Shown here piece after piece: positions 25,194 to 51,630 of a stretch of 64,000 bases of DNA. The DNA comes from Escherichia coli. GTDB lineage: Bacteria; Pseudomonadota; Gammaproteobacteria; Enterobacterales; Enterobacteriaceae. Location: the NCBI RefSeq assembly GCF_030013595.1, contig NZ_CP122768.1, one strand, 5' to 3'. Position 1 is the stretch's first letter. Each line of letters starts with the position of its first letter. Both the position numbers and the translations under genes were made by a program. The notes under the pieces are model-generated. The model was not told where the DNA came from. It made no database searches and saw nothing but the letters and a program-made list of their open reading frames with translations.

Positions 25194-25808
25194 TTTTCGA
25201 TCCTTTCATTGTGTTGTCGCACATCCCTGGTGCGTTCTGTCGACGCATCTTTCAGGATGTAACAAAGTGTTTGCAAGGTCGAGTATAAGGAAAGTTACAG
25301 CTTCGGGAAGCGAAAAATGCTGGATTTTAAAGAGAGGTCATATTTTGCAACTTAATGGTTACATTTATTTGACATAAACAGAGGGAAGGACTGGCTACTA
25401 AGGCTGATTAGATAACATATGGGCAAAACTATTTGGAATATGAGAACGGTTGCGCTCTTTTAATGTGCTATGCCATATAAAGTCACTGGCGCAGGGAGCG
25501 CGCAGGGGGCGGCCAATCGCCGCCGCCCCCTGCACCCCCAGGCTCTGGCGAACAAAATCGCCGCTGCGCGGTTCCCTCAGCTTATCCCTTGCGGCTACCG
25601 GGTCGGGCGCAAGGGAACGTCCCTGTAAGATGCCCCCTCGCCGCGCATCCATGCGCGTCGCCCCGGCCTCCAGGGAACGCTTCGGCGATTTTGACGCCAC
25701 CAACACCCGTGCGGTCTTTTTGTAAAGAGCTATAAGCCGATTACATAATTAATAGCTCACCTTTGTCTGGAATGAGTTATCTCTAGTAATGGCTTAATAT
25801 ACAGCGAA

Positions 25809-26774
25809 TCATTCTCCCCGCTGCTTATCATGCCGATAATTCACCCAAGCGTTGATAATAAACGTCATCACCAGAATGCCAAACACCACGCCCAGCGAAA
25901 CGGCGATCGGAATATGGTAGAAGTCAACAATCAGCATCTTGATACCGATAAACACCAGAATCACCGCCAGACCATATTTGAGCATCGAGAAACGTTCTGC
26001 TACGCCCGCCAGCAGGAAATACATCGCACGCAGGCCGAGGATCGCAAACAGGTTTGAGGTCAGCACAATGAACGGGTCAGTGGTAACAGCGAAGATAGCT
26101 GGAATGCTATCCACGGCGAAAATCACGTCGCTCAATTCCACCAGAATCAGCACCAGCATCAGCGGTGTGGCATACAGCAAGCCATTCTTGCGCACAAAGA
26201 AATGCTCGTTGTCGATGGTGTCGGTCATACGCAAATGACCGCGCAACCAGCGCACCAGCGGCTTGTCGCCAATGCCTGATTCATCTTCATGGGCCAGCGC
26301 CATCTTCACGCCGGTAAACAGCAGGAAGGCACCGAAGATATACAGGATCCAGTCGAACTGCGAAATCAGCCAGCTGCCAGTGAAGATCATGATGGTACGC
26401 AGAACAATCGCCCCGAGCACGCCATACACCAGCACGCGGCGTTGTAATGCCGCCGGAACAGAGAAATAGCTGAACAACATCAGCCAGACAAAGACGTTAT
26501 CGACCGCCAGCGATTTCTCAATCAGATAACCCGTGAGAAAGGCCAGTGCCTGTGGATCGGCAACGGCGCGACCTTCGGTTTGCACCAGATACCACCAGAA
26601 AGCGGCGTTAAACAGTAACGACAGCGTCACCCAGACCAGCGACCAGGCCGCAGCCTGTTTCATGGTCATGGCATGTGCCCCACGACGCCCCTGCAACAAC
26701 AGGTCGATAGCCAGCATAATGGCGACAACAACAGCGAATCCGCCCCATAGCAACGGCGTGCCGACAGTATTCAT
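25809..26774 (-). CDS. alx: TerC-family putative Mn2+/redox membrane protein Alx
   Basis: 321-aa ORF of the TerC family, preceded by a long structured leader. Confidence 0.9.
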   Translation of the reverse strand: MNTVGTPLLWGGFAVVVAIMLAIDLLLQGRRGAHAMTMKQAAAWSLVWVTLSLLFNAAFWWYLVQTEGRAVADPQALAFLTGYLIEKSLAVDNVFVWLMLFSYFSVPAALQRRVLVYGVLGAIVLRTIMIFTGSWLISQFDWILYIFGAFLLFTGVKMALAHEDESGIGDKPLVRWLRGHLRMTDTIDNEHFFVRKNGLLYATPLMLVLILVELSDVIFAVDSIPAIFAVTTDPFIVLTSNLFAILGLRAMYFLLAGVAERFSMLKYGLAVILVFIGIKMLIVDFYHIPIAVSLGVVFGILVMTFIINAWVNYRHDKQRGE

Positions 26775-26779
26775 AGAAG

Positions 26780-27035
26780 TTCCTTACACATAAAAAAAAC
26801 GGCCAACGTCGGAAGACGTCAGCCGCTGCTTTTTATGCATAGACCTCGCCTTCCGGCAAGGTCTCACTTACAACAAAAAAGGAATACGTCTGCGTATTCC
26901 TTTCGGGTTGCCCGGTGACCGGATGTGGTTTTGCACACATCGTAATGACGATCGACCGGCAATGAAGTTACTCCCCTTTGCAGGTAACAAAGTATGACAG
27001 ACCATTCAGTCAGTCAATGGTCTGTTACATGCCTT
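26780..27035 (-). ncRNA. alx 5' leader containing the yybP-ykoY (Mn2+) riboswitch / pH-responsive element
   Basis: The minus-strand transcript contains AAAGGGGAGUAAC and GUCUGUCAUACUUUGUUACCUGC elements typical of yybP-ykoY. It also contains a hairpin plus U-run (AGGAAUACGCAGACGUAUUCCUUUUUU) in the expression platform. Confidence 0.6.
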
Positions 27036-27057
27036 TTACACTGTTTTACTTTGGCAA

Positions 27058-28044
27058 TTATAGTTTTACTCTATCTGCCGGAAAAATCACCCCAGTCTGG
27101 CGGCGGATCTCGGTCAGCAGTTTGGCGGTGATGCGACTGACCGTCAGCCATGGATGATCCACCAGATGCTCATCCACCAGTTCAGCAAACAGCTCTGCTT
27201 CGTAGAGCATGGTATTAATATGCTGCGGTTGGGTGAGATCCTGCATCTGGCTGCCACGCGGAACAAAGCAAACTTTCTGGCATTCAGACAGTTTTTCAAT
27301 CACCAGCGATCCCGCTTCGCCCTGAATCTCGCTTGCCAGGACAGAATCGCTCACTTTTGAGTGCTGCAACGTAACGCTGAAATCACCGTAATCCATCACC
27401 ACCACGCCGTGGGCATCCACACCGCTTGCCAGCAAACTGGCGGTTGCCTGCACGCTTTTCGGTTCACCGAATAATGCCACCGCCGACGCCAGGCAGTAAA
27501 AGCCGATATCCATAATTGAACCGTTAGAGAATGCCGGATTAAAGGTGTTGGGATTCTCACCATCCAGGTAACGTTGATACCGCGAGGAATACTGGCAATA
27601 GTTGAAAAAGACTTTACGCAGTTTGCCGACTTTCGGCAGCGCCTGGCGTAACAGATGAAAGTTCGGCAGGCTGGCGGTTTTAAATGCCTCAAACAGCACC
27701 ACCTGATTTTCCCGCGCACAGGCAATGGCGGCATCCACTTCCGCCAGATTCGATGCCAGCGGCTTCTCGCAAATCACATGAATTTTGTGGCTAAGGAAAA
27801 GTTGTGTCTGGGAAAAGTGCAGGGCATTCGGGCTGGCAATATACACCGCGTCAATGGCATCGCTTTCTGCCATCGCTTCCAGCGACGTAAACAGATGCTC
27901 GACAGAAAAATCATTGGCAAAGTGCTGGGCCTGTTCAAGGCTGCGGGAATATACGGCGGTTAACTTGTATTTACCGCTCTCATGGGCGGCCTCGACGAAC
28001 TGGCGAGTGATCCAGTTCGTACCAATCACAGCGAAACGTATCAT
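27058..28044 (-). CDS. ygjR: Gfo/Idh/MocA-family NAD(P)-dependent oxidoreductase YgjR
   Basis: 328 aa from MIRFAVIGTNWITRQF with a Rossmann N-terminus. Confidence 0.85.
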   Translation of the reverse strand: MIRFAVIGTNWITRQFVEAAHESGKYKLTAVYSRSLEQAQHFANDFSVEHLFTSLEAMAESDAIDAVYIASPNALHFSQTQLFLSHKIHVICEKPLASNLAEVDAAIACARENQVVLFEAFKTASLPNFHLLRQALPKVGKLRKVFFNYCQYSSRYQRYLDGENPNTFNPAFSNGSIMDIGFYCLASAVALFGEPKSVQATASLLASGVDAHGVVVMDYGDFSVTLQHSKVSDSVLASEIQGEAGSLVIEKLSECQKVCFVPRGSQMQDLTQPQHINTMLYEAELFAELVDEHLVDHPWLTVSRITAKLLTEIRRQTGVIFPADRVKL

Positions 28045-28122
28045 AACGCGTGGATACTCCATAAAGGGATTCTGCCGTCAATGTAGCACGCCTTTTTCAT
28101 CTTCGACGTGCGCAGATACGCA

Positions 28123-28815
28123 TTATTTCTGCGCCGGACAGCCATGCTCACTAAACGGCCCAATCATGACCGATGGCCCGAGATATTTCGGCTGGCGATG
28201 GAGGATTTTTGCGTCAATCACCGCGCTGACTCTGGCGAGTTTCTCCCGTAACTGAGTATAAAAACCGTGCTTCATATTGAGGTCTGGCGCGTTAAAGCCG
28301 ATAGCGTCGATGCCGTACTGTTTTGCCAGCCAGATGGCGCGTTGGTTATGAAATTCTTGCGAAATAATGGTGATATGGTTTTCCCCAAACACCTTTTTGG
28401 CACGCACCACCGAATCAAGCGTTGAGAATCCGGCATAGTCGCAGAAGATCACTTTCGCCGGTACGCCTTTAGCGATCAAAGCCTGCTGCATACCTGAGGC
28501 TTCATCGTAATTTTTACGTCCGTTATCGCCACTTACCAGTAGCCATTTCACTTTTCCGGCGTGGTACAACGCTGCTGCAGTATCAATACGTCGGGTAAAG
28601 TAGCGATTACCCGGCCTCGCCCCCAGCAATAAACCCACGTTCCGCGCCGGAACGGCGTTGACATCGCTCCAGGTCAGTTGTTGGCTGGCGTTGACCATAA
28701 CGCGATCGGCAATAAAAATGGTTGCTCCTGCTATAAGCAGCAATAAACAGCCAATCTTAAGAGTCCGGCGAGAAAAACAAATACGGAGAAGAAGGCGGGC
28801 AAAGGCGCGCAGCAT
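28123..28815 (-). CDS. ygjQ: DUF218 (YdcF-like) membrane-anchored protein YgjQ
   Basis: 230-aa ORF in the conserved position. Confidence 0.8.
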   Translation of the reverse strand: MLRAFARLLLRICFSRRTLKIGCLLLLIAGATIFIADRVMVNASQQLTWSDVNAVPARNVGLLLGARPGNRYFTRRIDTAAALYHAGKVKWLLVSGDNGRKNYDEASGMQQALIAKGVPAKVIFCDYAGFSTLDSVVRAKKVFGENHITIISQEFHNQRAIWLAKQYGIDAIGFNAPDLNMKHGFYTQLREKLARVSAVIDAKILHRQPKYLGPSVMIGPFSEHGCPAQK

Positions 28816-28891
28816 GGTCGTTATCCTTAACGAAAAGGGGGAGGTCGATTTTAGGCGCTAAAGGAAGAAAAGATAACGCCTGACATCATTT

Positions 28892-29395
28892 TCAGATTTT
28901 GTCCTGCCCAAGCGACAACTGCGTTAGCCACAGCCGGGTGTCGAACTCAAGCTGGTGGTACTGCGGCTCCATATGGCAGCACAATTGATAGAACGCTTTG
29001 TTATGCTCTTTCTCCTTCAGGTGCGCCAACTCGTGCACCACGATCATGCGCAAAAACGGTTCCGGCGCGTTGCGAAACACGGTAGCGACGCGGATCTCTG
29101 CTTTTGCTTTCAGCTTGCCGCCCTGCACACGCGAAACAGCGGTATGTAACCCGAGCGCGTTTTTTAGCACGTGGATCTTATTGTCATACATCACTTTATT
29201 GATCGGCGGGGCATTGCGCAGAAACTGATTTTTAAGATCTTGGGTATATTGCCAGAGGGCTTTATCGGTGGCGTAGTCGTGTGTTCCCGGATAACGTTTT
29301 GCCAGCACATCGCCCAGACGCTGTTCGTTAATCAGCGTTCGCACCTGGGAAAGTAGCTGGTCGGGATAACCCTGAAGATAAGTAAGATTGCTCAT
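28892..29395 (-). CDS. ygjP: Metal-dependent hydrolase YgjP (DUF45/WLM-like, HExxH)
   Basis: 167 aa from [15 protein letters not shown], containing the [11 protein letters not shown] motif. Confidence 0.8.
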   Translation of the reverse strand: MSNLTYLQGYPDQLLSQVRTLINEQRLGDVLAKRYPGTHDYATDKALWQYTQDLKNQFLRNAPPINKVMYDNKIHVLKNALGLHTAVSRVQGGKLKAKAEIRVATVFRNAPEPFLRMIVVHELAHLKEKEHNKAFYQLCCHMEPQYHQLEFDTRLWLTQLSLGQDKI

Positions 29396-29479
29396 AACCG
29401 CCCACGAAAAAGAGAAAAAGGGTATACTCACGCACCCTTTTCAGGGGCAACGTCGAAATTTTATCATTCAGGAGGGCCG

Positions 29480-30616
29480 ATGAGCCACTTAGACAACGGT
29501 TTCCGTTCACTGACACTACAACGTTTTCCGGCGACGGATGACGTTAACCCGCTACAGGCGTGGGAAGCGGCGGATGAGTATCTGCTGCAACAGTTGGACG
29601 ACACAGAGATCCGCGGCCCGGTGTTAATCCTGAATGATGCTTTTGGTGCGTTAAGCTGTGCGCTGGCGGAACATAAGCCCTACAGCATTGGTGACTCATA
29701 CATCAGTGAACTGGCCACGCGCGAGAATTTACGCCTCAACGGGATTGATGAGTCGAGCGTGAAGTTTCTCGACAGCACCGCCGACTACCCGCAACAGCCG
29801 GGTGTGGTGCTGATCAAAGTACCCAAAACACTGGCGTTGCTGGAACAACAACTGCGTGCGCTGCGCAAAGTCGTCACGCCGGATACACGTATTATTGCCG
29901 GTGCCAAAGCCCGTGACATCCACACTTCCACGCTGGAACTGTTCGAAAAAATGCTCGGCCCGACCACCACCACGCTGGCATGGAAGAAGGCACGCTTAAT
30001 TAACTGTACTTTCAACGAGCCGCCGCTGGCCGATGCGCCGCAGACCGTTAGCTGGAAACTGGAAGGTACTGACTGGACTATCCACAACCATGCGAATGTC
30101 TTCTCCCGCACCGGGCTGGATATTGGCGCGCGCTTCTTTATGCAGCATCTGCCAGAGAATCTCGAAGGTGAGATTGTCGATCTCGGTTGTGGTAATGGCG
30201 TTATTGGTCTGACGCTGCTTGATAAAAACCCGCAGGCGAAAGTGGTGTTTGTCGATGAATCGCCGATGGCGGTTGCTTCCAGCCGTTTGAACGTTGAAAC
30301 CAACATGCCAGAGGCGTTGGATCGCTGCGAGTTTATGATCAACAACGCGCTCTCCGGCGTGGAGCCTTTCCGCTTTAATGCTGTGCTCTGCAACCCGCCG
30401 TTTCATCAGCAACATGCGCTGACCGATAACGTCGCCTGGGAGATGTTCCACCACGCCCGCCGCTGTCTGAAAATCAACGGCGAGCTGTATATCGTTGCCA
30501 ACCGTCACCTGGATTACTTCCATAAACTGAAGAAGATTTTCGGCAACTGCACCACCATCGCCACGAATAATAAATTTGTGGTGCTGAAAGCAGTGAAGCT
30601 GGGGCGTCGTCGGTAA
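29480..30616 (+). CDS. rlmG: 23S rRNA m2G1835 methyltransferase RlmG
   Basis: 378-aa ORF with a tandem methyltransferase fold and GCGNG SAM motif. Confidence 0.9.
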   Translation: MSHLDNGFRSLTLQRFPATDDVNPLQAWEAADEYLLQQLDDTEIRGPVLILNDAFGALSCALAEHKPYSIGDSYISELATRENLRLNGIDESSVKFLDSTADYPQQPGVVLIKVPKTLALLEQQLRALRKVVTPDTRIIAGAKARDIHTSTLELFEKMLGPTTTTLAWKKARLINCTFNEPPLADAPQTVSWKLEGTDWTIHNHANVFSRTGLDIGARFFMQHLPENLEGEIVDLGCGNGVIGLTLLDKNPQAKVVFVDESPMAVASSRLNVETNMPEALDRCEFMINNALSGVEPFRFNAVLCNPPFHQQHALTDNVAWEMFHHARRCLKINGELYIVANRHLDYFHKLKKIFGNCTTIATNNKFVVLKAVKLGRRR

Positions 30617-30639
30617 GATTGGCAGCTACCTGCCAGATA

Positions 30640-30725
30640 AGGCGTAAACGCCTTATCTGGCATACGTTCAGCACATTACCCCCAGGTCGGATAAGACGCG
30701 GCAAGCGTCGCATCCGGCACTTCAA
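30640..30725. repeat. REP/BIME palindromic units between convergent rlmG and fadH
   Basis: Contains CTTATCTGGCATACG and GCGTCGCATCCGGCAC REP-type inverted motifs. Confidence 0.6.
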
Positions 30726-30733
30726 TGCACGAT

Positions 30734-32779
<2,046 letters not shown>

Positions 32780-32896
32780 TTATGTGGTCGGATGAGTTCT
32801 AATTTAGCCGTCGCCGGAGAAAAGGGAAAAGGGGAGTGCGGGGTTTGTGATGGAATTCAAAAAGAATACGCCCATTGGAAATGCCGGATACGACGC

Positions 32897-32943
<47 letters not shown>

Positions 32944-32944
32944 G

Positions 32945-33044
<100 letters not shown>

Positions 33045-33059
33045 ACTTCGACCATTTCA

Positions 33060-34625
<1,566 letters not shown>

Positions 34626-34651
34626 AGATAGTGCCGTGTTTGCTCACTGGC

Positions 34652-34728
<77 letters not shown>

Positions 34729-34745
34729 AACCATTAAACGTCAGC

Positions 34746-34839
<94 letters not shown>

Positions 34840-34840
34840 A

Positions 34841-34875
<35 letters not shown>

Positions 34876-34888
34876 TAGCCATTGCAAA

Positions 34889-46769
<11,881 letters not shown>

Positions 46770-46975
46770 TTAACATCTGTTGTTATTTTGCACGGTTTTT
46801 GTCGGGTATGGATTTGGCGATTGCTTCACAAATGCACACTTTCAGGGCAACAACTGCCTGATTTTTGGGCAAGATAATTAACGTTTTCGTATAGTAACAG
46901 AGTGAAAGTATTTTAAATCAAGGGATTAGATTTATGCTTTAATCGCAAATTGCGATCTAAATCAAATTAATCAGT

Positions 46976-46993
46976 TAAAGATAACCGCAGCGG
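46976..46993 (+). promoter_or_regulatory. Candidate sigma-28 (FliA) promoter for aer
   Basis: TAAAGATA-N11-GCCGACAT matches TAAAGTTT-N11-GCCGATAA. It lies about 60 bp upstream of the aer ATG. Confidence 0.45.
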
Positions 46994-47051
46994 GGCCGAC
47001 ATAAACTCTGACAAGAAGTTAACAACCATATAACCTGCACAGGACGCGAAC

Positions 47052-48572
47052 ATGTCTTCTCATCCGTATGTCACCCAGCAAAATACCCCGCTGGCGGACG
47101 ATACCACTCTGATGTCCACTACCGATCTGCAAAGCTATATCACTCATGCTAATGACACTTTTGTGCAGGTGAGCGGCTATACCTTGCAAGAGTTACAAGG
47201 TCAACCGCACAACATGGTGCGTCACCCGGATATGCCAAAAGCGGCGTTTGCGGATATGTGGTTCACCCTGAAAAAAGGGGAGCCCTGGAGCGGCATCGTG
47301 AAAAATCGCCGCAAAAATGGCGACCATTATTGGGTGCGGGCCAATGCGGTACCGATGGTGCGCGAGGGAAAAATCAGTGGCTATATGTCGATTCGCACCC
47401 GGGCGACGGATGAAGAGATCGCGGCGGTGGAGCCGCTGTACAAAGCGTTGAACGCCGGACGTACCAGTAAGCGTATTCATAAAGGCCTGGTGGTGCGTAA
47501 AGGCTGGCTGGGTAAACTGCCTTCATTACCGCTTCGCTGGCGGGCGCGTGGCGTGATGACCCTGATGTTTATCTTGCTGGCGGTCATGCTTTGGTTTGTT
47601 GCTGCCCCGGTGGTGACGTATATCCTCTGTGCGTTAGTGGTATTGTTGGCAAGCGCCTGTTTTGAATGGCAGATTGTCCGCCCGATAGAAAATGTCGCCC
47701 GTCAGGCACTGAAGGTGGCGACCGGAGAGCGTAATAGTGTTGAGCATCTGAATCGCAGCGATGAGCTGGGGCTGACATTACGCGCGGTAGGGCAGCTTGG
47801 CCTGATGTGCCGTTGGCTAATTAACGATGTCTCAAGCCAGGTGTCCAGTGTCAGAAACGGCAGTGAGACGCTGGCGAAAGGCACCGATGAACTGAACGAA
47901 CATACCCAGCAGACAGTTGATAACGTTCAGCAAACGGTGGCGACCATGAACCAAATGGCGGCGTCGGTGAAACAGAACTCTGCCACGGCGTCGGCTGCCG
48001 ATAAACTTTCTATCACTGCCAGTAATGCGGCAGTGCAGGGCGGGGAGGCGATGACCACGGTGATCAAGACAATGGACGATATCGCCGACAGTACCCAGCG
48101 CATTGGCACCATTACTTCGCTGATTAACGATATTGCGTTTCAGACCAATATTCTGGCCCTGAATGCGGCGGTGGAAGCGGCACGAGCCGGCGAACAAGGC
48201 AAAGGTTTTGCAGTGGTGGCAGGGGAAGTGCGTCATTTAGCCAGCCGCAGCGCCAATGCTGCCAACGATATTCGCAAGCTGATTGATGCCAGTGCTGATA
48301 AGGTGCAATCCGGTTCGCAGCAGGTACACGCAGCCGGACGGACGATGGAAGATATTGTGGCACAGGTGAAAAACGTCACCCAGTTGATCGCCCAGATTAG
48401 CCATTCAACGCTGGAACAGGCCGATGGGCTTTCCAGCCTGACCCGTGCAGTGGATGAGCTTAACCTCATCACCCAGAAAAATGCCGAGCTGGTGGAAGAG
48501 AGTGCGCAGGTGTCGGCGATGGTGAAACACCGCGCCAGCCGACTGGAAGACGCGGTGACGGTGCTGCATTAA
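47052..48572 (+). CDS. aer: Aerotaxis receptor Aer (PAS-FAD plus HAMP plus MCP signalling domain)
   Basis: 506-aa ORF with an N-terminal PAS domain, two transmembrane segments and a methyl-accepting signalling domain. Confidence 0.9.
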   Translation: MSSHPYVTQQNTPLADDTTLMSTTDLQSYITHANDTFVQVSGYTLQELQGQPHNMVRHPDMPKAAFADMWFTLKKGEPWSGIVKNRRKNGDHYWVRANAVPMVREGKISGYMSIRTRATDEEIAAVEPLYKALNAGRTSKRIHKGLVVRKGWLGKLPSLPLRWRARGVMTLMFILLAVMLWFVAAPVVTYILCALVVLLASACFEWQIVRPIENVARQALKVATGERNSVEHLNRSDELGLTLRAVGQLGLMCRWLINDVSSQVSSVRNGSETLAKGTDELNEHTQQTVDNVQQTVATMNQMAASVKQNSATASAADKLSITASNAAVQGGEAMTTVIKTMDDIADSTQRIGTITSLINDIAFQTNILALNAAVEAARAGEQGKGFAVVAGEVRHLASRSANAANDIRKLIDASADKVQSGSQQVHAAGRTMEDIVAQVKNVTQLIAQISHSTLEQADGLSSLTRAVDELNLITQKNAELVEESAQVSAMVKHRASRLEDAVTVLH

Positions 48573-48677
48573 TCGATATGCCGGATCCGGTGTTTGATAC
48601 ACGATGGCTGATGCGATGCTGGCGCATCTTATCAGGCCTACGGGGGGGTAGGGCACGCCACATCCGGCAATCGGTGA

Positions 48678-49301
48678 TTAATCCAGTTGCGTAATATCAA
48701 AAGCGGCGCGGTCGATCACCGCAATGATCTTTTTTATTTGTGCATCAGTGATATCGCTCTGGTTGACGCGTAAATCCAGCACCGCTTTAAAATTATCCAG
48801 CGCCCGCTTCATTTGCGGGTTCTGGCGGAGTGCAGCACCAACGCAACGCGCTTTGATGCGTTCTTCGATCATCTCCACCTGTTCGCGGTTTTCTTCCAGC
48901 CACTGCGCGCCCTGTTCGGTCAACGCAATCTGCTTCTTACCACCTTCCTCTTCGCGGATGGTAATCAGCGACTGCTCCTGCAGAAAATCCAGCGTCGGGT
49001 AGATGACACCCGGGCTTGGGGTGTAATTCCCCTGGGTTAGATTCTCAATCGCTTTAATCAATTCGTAACCGTGGCTGTCATCGCGCGAGAGAATATCCAG
49101 AATCACCAGACGCAATTCACCGTGACCAAAGAAACGCTGCCGACGACCGCCGCCGCGACCGTGGCGACCACCGCAGCATTGACCGTGTTCATGCTGGTGA
49201 CCGTGTCCGCAGTGCTCATGTTCTGACTTCTCACCTTTGCAGCAGCCTTCATGGCGTGGCTGGCCTTCATGTTTACAACACCCTTCGTGATGATGGCTCA
49301 T
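48678..49301 (-). CDS. yqjI: PadR-family Ni-responsive regulator YqjI (NfeR) with His/Cys-rich N-terminus
   Basis: 207-aa ORF with an N-terminal HHEGCCKHEG-type metal-binding tract and a PadR winged helix. Confidence 0.85.
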   Translation of the reverse strand: MSHHHEGCCKHEGQPRHEGCCKGEKSEHEHCGHGHQHEHGQCCGGRHGRGGGRRQRFFGHGELRLVILDILSRDDSHGYELIKAIENLTQGNYTPSPGVIYPTLDFLQEQSLITIREEEGGKKQIALTEQGAQWLEENREQVEMIEERIKARCVGAALRQNPQMKRALDNFKAVLDLRVNQSDITDAQIKKIIAVIDRAAFDITQLD

Positions 49302-49577
49302 ATCAGCCTCCTTTTGCTTAATTAGATATATCTAATTTATGTCTAATATGAGCGCTTTTGCAAGTATAAAAATGATTTTTAAACGTGAATACACCTCACA
49401 TCCAGGCCGGATAATTCGTTCACGCCGTATCCAACAGCCTTGCTACGACGCTGAATGTCTTCTCATACTTCAGATATATCAGTTCTACAAATCGCTTGCA
49501 TTTATCATGATTAACAATCATTATCATTTGCGAAATTTATTTAGATATATCTGATTACTATCACGAAGGCGATAACA
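49302..49577. promoter_or_regulatory. yqjI/yqjH divergent control region with Fur box and paired TTAGATATATCTAA palindromes
   Basis: Palindromes at 49321-49336 and 49540-49554. Fur-box-like TCATGATTAACAATCATTATCATTT at about 49503-49530. Confidence 0.55.
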
Positions 49578-50342
49578 ATGAATAACTCCCCCCGCTACCC
49601 GCAGCGCGTTCGCAATGATCTGCGCTTCCGTGAATTGACTGTGCTACGCGCTGAGCGTATTAGCGCCGGTTTTCAGCGCATTGTCCTTGGCGGCGAGGCG
49701 CTGGACGGTTTTACATCGCGCGGCTTTGACGATCACAGCAAACTCTTCTTTCCTCAATCTGATGCTCACTTTGTGCCGCCAACGGTAACGGAAGAGGGCA
49801 TCGTCTGGCCGGAAGGACCACGCCCACCGTCGCGTGACTATACGCCGCTGTATGACGAACTACGCCATGAACTGGCGATTGATTTCTTTATTCACGACGG
49901 TGGCGTCGCCAGCGGCTGGGCGATGCAGGCGCAACCGGGCGATAAACTCACGGTGGCAGGTCCGCGCGGTTCGCTGGTGGTGCCAGAGGATTACGCGTAT
50001 CAGCTGTATGTCTGCGATGAATCCGGAATGCCCGCACTGCGCCGCCGCCTGGAAACGTTGAGCAAACTTGCCGTTAAACCGCAAGTTAGCGCGCTGGTTA
50101 GCGTGCGGGATAACGCCTGTCAGGATTATCTCGCGCACCTTGATGGTTTTAATATCGAATGGCTGGCACATGATGAGCAGGCAGTAGATGCGCGTCTGGC
50201 GCAGATGCAAATCCCTGCCGATGATTACTTCATCTGGATAACCGGCGAAGGCAAAGTCGTTAAGAATTTAAGCCGCCGCTTTGAAGCGGAACAGTATGAT
50301 CCACAGCGGGTACGTGCAGCGGCTTACTGGCACGCAAAGTAA
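49578..50342 (+). CDS. yqjH: NADPH-dependent ferric-siderophore reductase YqjH (NfeF)
   Basis: 254-aa ORF of the siderophore-interacting FAD-binding family. Confidence 0.85.
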   Translation: MNNSPRYPQRVRNDLRFRELTVLRAERISAGFQRIVLGGEALDGFTSRGFDDHSKLFFPQSDAHFVPPTVTEEGIVWPEGPRPPSRDYTPLYDELRHELAIDFFIHDGGVASGWAMQAQPGDKLTVAGPRGSLVVPEDYAYQLYVCDESGMPALRRRLETLSKLAVKPQVSALVSVRDNACQDYLAHLDGFNIEWLAHDEQAVDARLAQMQIPADDYFIWITGEGKVVKNLSRRFEAEQYDPQRVRAAAYWHAK

Positions 50343-50916
50343 CTGATATATAAAAAGAAAAAGGCTGACGATTTCTCGTCAGCCTTTGCTATGTCTGGCC
50401 CTGCTGTCTCTTAATTGGTTGTGTAATTAATTGAAATTAAACAGGTAAATGCAATTTATTTTTTATCGATATGCCTTTTTGTATGCCTATTGGGAAAAAC
50501 ACGCTTTCTTCAACAGGGAATAAAAGCCGCTTTTATGGTGTTTTGAAACGGGTTTTAAAATGGCGCTCGTGGTGCTCTCGGGCACTCAATGGCGCTCTGT
50601 GATGTGGCTGGTGGTATGTGGCCGCCATGCATAATGGGGCTGATTTTGTTCATGGCCCGGCAGCGGGTGAGCATTTTTTACCATATTCAGGGTAAAAATG
50701 GGCGAAAAAGTTCATTTCTGGCATGGCCTGAAATGCCACGCAGCCCGCGCCGCGTGTGCTCTTGCCGGGGAAAACGGCGCGGAATAATGACCGCCACCCC
50801 ACCTTATGGCGGGCAGTCCCACGAAATCCCGGTTATTTCCGTTTATTCCCGGATTAATCCCGCCTTCTCCCGCATTCTCCCGGCTGTTCCCGGAATTAAT
50901 CGCCGTGGGGTGGTGG

Positions 50917-51207
50917 TTATCTGGTGTGGTCGTAGTTCTGCCGTAGTCGTTCACCCTCAGCGCAATGACGCGGTTTTTTAACGCCGCTGGTAACGCAACG
51001 CGGGCAGGTCATGACGTGGCTGATATACGCATCACGGGCAGCCAGCCACGTCGCTGACGGGGCGCACATATCCGCCAGCGCCTGGCCGTTGCTGGTGGTG
51101 TTGTCTTCCGGCCATGTTTCGGGCTGGTGCGCTTCCGGTAAATCCGGTGCAGGTAATGCCCGGATAAACTCACACAATGCATCCGGCAGGCTGAATAACT
51201 TATGCAT
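50917..51207 (-). CDS. Hypothetical 96-aa island protein with C-terminal Cys/His motif (CPRC...HC)
   Basis: ORF at the int-distal end of the island. A possible zinc-ribbon motif is present. The identification is weak. Confidence 0.4.
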   Translation of the reverse strand: MHKLFSLPDALCEFIRALPAPDLPEAHQPETWPEDNTTSNGQALADMCAPSATWLAARDAYISHVMTCPRCVTSGVKKPRHCAEGERLRQNYDHTR

Positions 51208-51630
51208 AAATCTGATGTTCTGAATCGCTGAAAACGTGCGTTTTATGGCGTTTTTTCGTGATTTCTGCGTGTTCTGATGTGCTCATTTCGCTGTATCCCT
51301 TGTGTGGCGCGGGCTGCGCGTGTGTTTCGGTGTTCTTTTTTACCGCCAGAAAACGGTAATCAGGCATATAAACACGGCTGTAAGCCGCGCCGCGTCTGGC
51401 TTCGCGTGATTTTGTGCGTCAAAAAGTGCATTTTTGCCCTTAAAAAGCGTTATTCGTAATTCACTGGTAAATGCTCCGCAGGCCGCGCCATTGCTGGCCT
51501 TTTCGCTATTCTGTGTGGTTTTGCTGTTTAACCCGTTTTGCACACTAAAATTGCCTTGCATCCCGCGCCACGTAAGGGATTGCCGGGTTTTTATGTTGCG
51601 TTTTTTGCCGTGCGTAATATTGTGCAAGTT

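Noticed and set aside
25398-25725. Two overlapping ORFs of about 100 aa on opposite strands between alx and sstT
   Set aside because: They are products of a 70% GC block (Arg/Pro/Ala-rich) with no RBS. They are treated as non-coding structured DNA.
50589-50981. 130-aa plus-strand ORF in the island left end
   Set aside because: It runs opposite to all other island genes, overlaps the phased TCCCGG repeats and the 96-aa ORF, and has no RBS.
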